A stretch of 62,899 nt of DNA, filler included, from Diploschistes diacapsis (taxonomy: Eukaryota): assembly GCA_023645945.1 (NCBI GenBank). It is 8 parts of 8 records of this genome, joined end to end, with 100 filler letters (N's around TTAATTAATTAA, not from the genome) between each part and the next. Parts side by side here need not be neighbours in the genome. Positions count along the whole stretch, not along the records: positions 57,963 to 62,899 come from JALAIB010001629.1; 7 more parts are not named here. One strand, 5' to 3'. The position numbers were made by a program, and so were the translations under genes. The notes beneath the pieces are model-generated. The model worked only from the letters and a program-made list of their open reading frames with translations, made no database searches and was not told where the DNA came from. Below, in pieces: positions 61,466 through 62,899 of this stretch; positions within the stretch are counted from its first letter, which is position 1; the number at the start of each line of letters is the position of its first letter.

Positions 61466-62899
61466 CTACCGCCGGACTATGAAGGAGCTACTACTAGTAC
61501 CTAATAAAATTACAGTCGTCTACTAAACCCACTAGTCGCTTCTCTAGTCGCTCTGTTCCTCCAGCAGCAAAAAACCAAACGTTCAAATAAGAATAAGGGG
61601 AGATTAAGCCAAGCATCCCAAAACAAGAACTGCCAAATTCCAACATTGTGCCGATTCGCCAGAATTCTTTCTGTTGTAACCCTGCATTCCAAGACTCTTG
61701 ATTGTTGATGTTGGCTAGCAATGCGTTCCCGGAGAGAATCGAAATAGGCTGCACATGGTGGTGCCTCCTTTCTTCAAGCGTTTGAGATCCGGACGCGCTA
61801 GATAGAGTGAACCATGGCAGCTTGGGCTGATCACTGATCACTAATCACCGATCACTCTCATATTGTTGATGGTTAAAAGCCTTTCTTTACGACCTACTAG
61901 TAGAGATCCCTGAAGGGTCTTTCTTCGACAAAGCCCGGGCTGACTGACCTCTTTTTAATGAGTGCAAAGCCGGTTCTGGAAGAAGAGAGCGTTAAGTTTA
62001 AATAAAAAACCCGGGGAAGCACCAGCCAACCCACCAGCCCCGCCAATCCAATCGCTCCCCAGTTGACCTTCCTTCACCGCTCAGGGAGACAGGCCTTTGG
62101 AGCAAACGGTATTTACAGTCTACTTTTATCATTCCGTGCAGGAAGCAAAAGATTGCTTCTCTCGCTTACACAGCCAATCGAACCTTCTGCGGCCATCTCC
62201 GCGAAACTCTATCTTGTTTGCTATGCTGATAGGGGGTTCTCCATAGACACAGGCACAGGCACGGCATTGGGCGTTACGAGAACTAGTCAGCCAGCTCCCA
62301 TCTACACGTAGCAAATCCGATGTACGGTGTCTCATGGCGGACAAAAAAACGATGCAAGTGGAAAAGCGTTGTACCTCCATTCCCCCCCGCTACAACCCTT
62401 GAAAAGGTTGCTTATGGTGTTGCATCTTCTGGGCGAGTCCTACAAGGCATGTGCTTCCGTGTGAAACGGTTGCTCGATATCCCCTCAACGAAAGAATGGT
62501 ACGTACGCCTTTGCTACTTGAAGCGGGAGCCCGTTGAGGTGATCGCGTTGATTTGCCGCTTGTGATGTTCGGCAGTCGGCAGCGGCAGCAGCAGCAGTCG
62601 TAGTCAGGGTTTAATCAGATGGAGTGGGGTTTTCTTGATGCTTCGCTCCATTCAAGCCCACAGTGAATGATTTCTTTTTTTTTTAACGTTCACAGGTAAT
62701 GCCTGGGGGTGCCAGGGGTTTTTTCCAACGGCTTCCCACGCTAGGGGGATGGATGATGGTACAAGGTGATCTTCTCGTGAATATCCCAATTCATATACAA
62801 CGCAACTCAACATCCTTCTCGAGCATCTCTCTCACCTCGATTCTCCACCTCGCCACCTACCTAACCCCCCCCTTGCCCTCCAAACTCGCTTCATACACC

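Overview
Filamentous ascomycete (Pezizomycotina) genomic DNA with spliceosomal introns. The window is eight unrelated contigs joined by artificial 100-bp linkers (44N-TTAATTAATTAA-44N). Contig 1 (1-27412) is an accessory, TE/RIP-scarred region. It holds a block of degraded accessory genes (tandem RNase H1 N-terminal-domain protein, F-box-like proteins, FunK1 kinase relic, RING-ankyrin pseudogene). Next is a decaying secondary-metabolite cluster: P450, stand-alone fusicoccadiene-synthase-type terpene cyclase, SDR, GDPD/PGC1-like phosphodiesterase, second P450, GST and highly reducing PKS, of which only the terpene cyclase still reads as intact. Two intact PTH11-like membrane genes and the 3' end of a TatD/Scn1 gene follow. 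The seven ~5-kb contigs carry housekeeping genes (Rad4, putative Pcs1, Mbp1, NCS1 permease, Dbp5, Rrd2, SDR, Gds1-like, Pan1, SUN) and one gene-free microsatellite-rich contig. All assignments come from manual translation and motif recognition; no searches were run.
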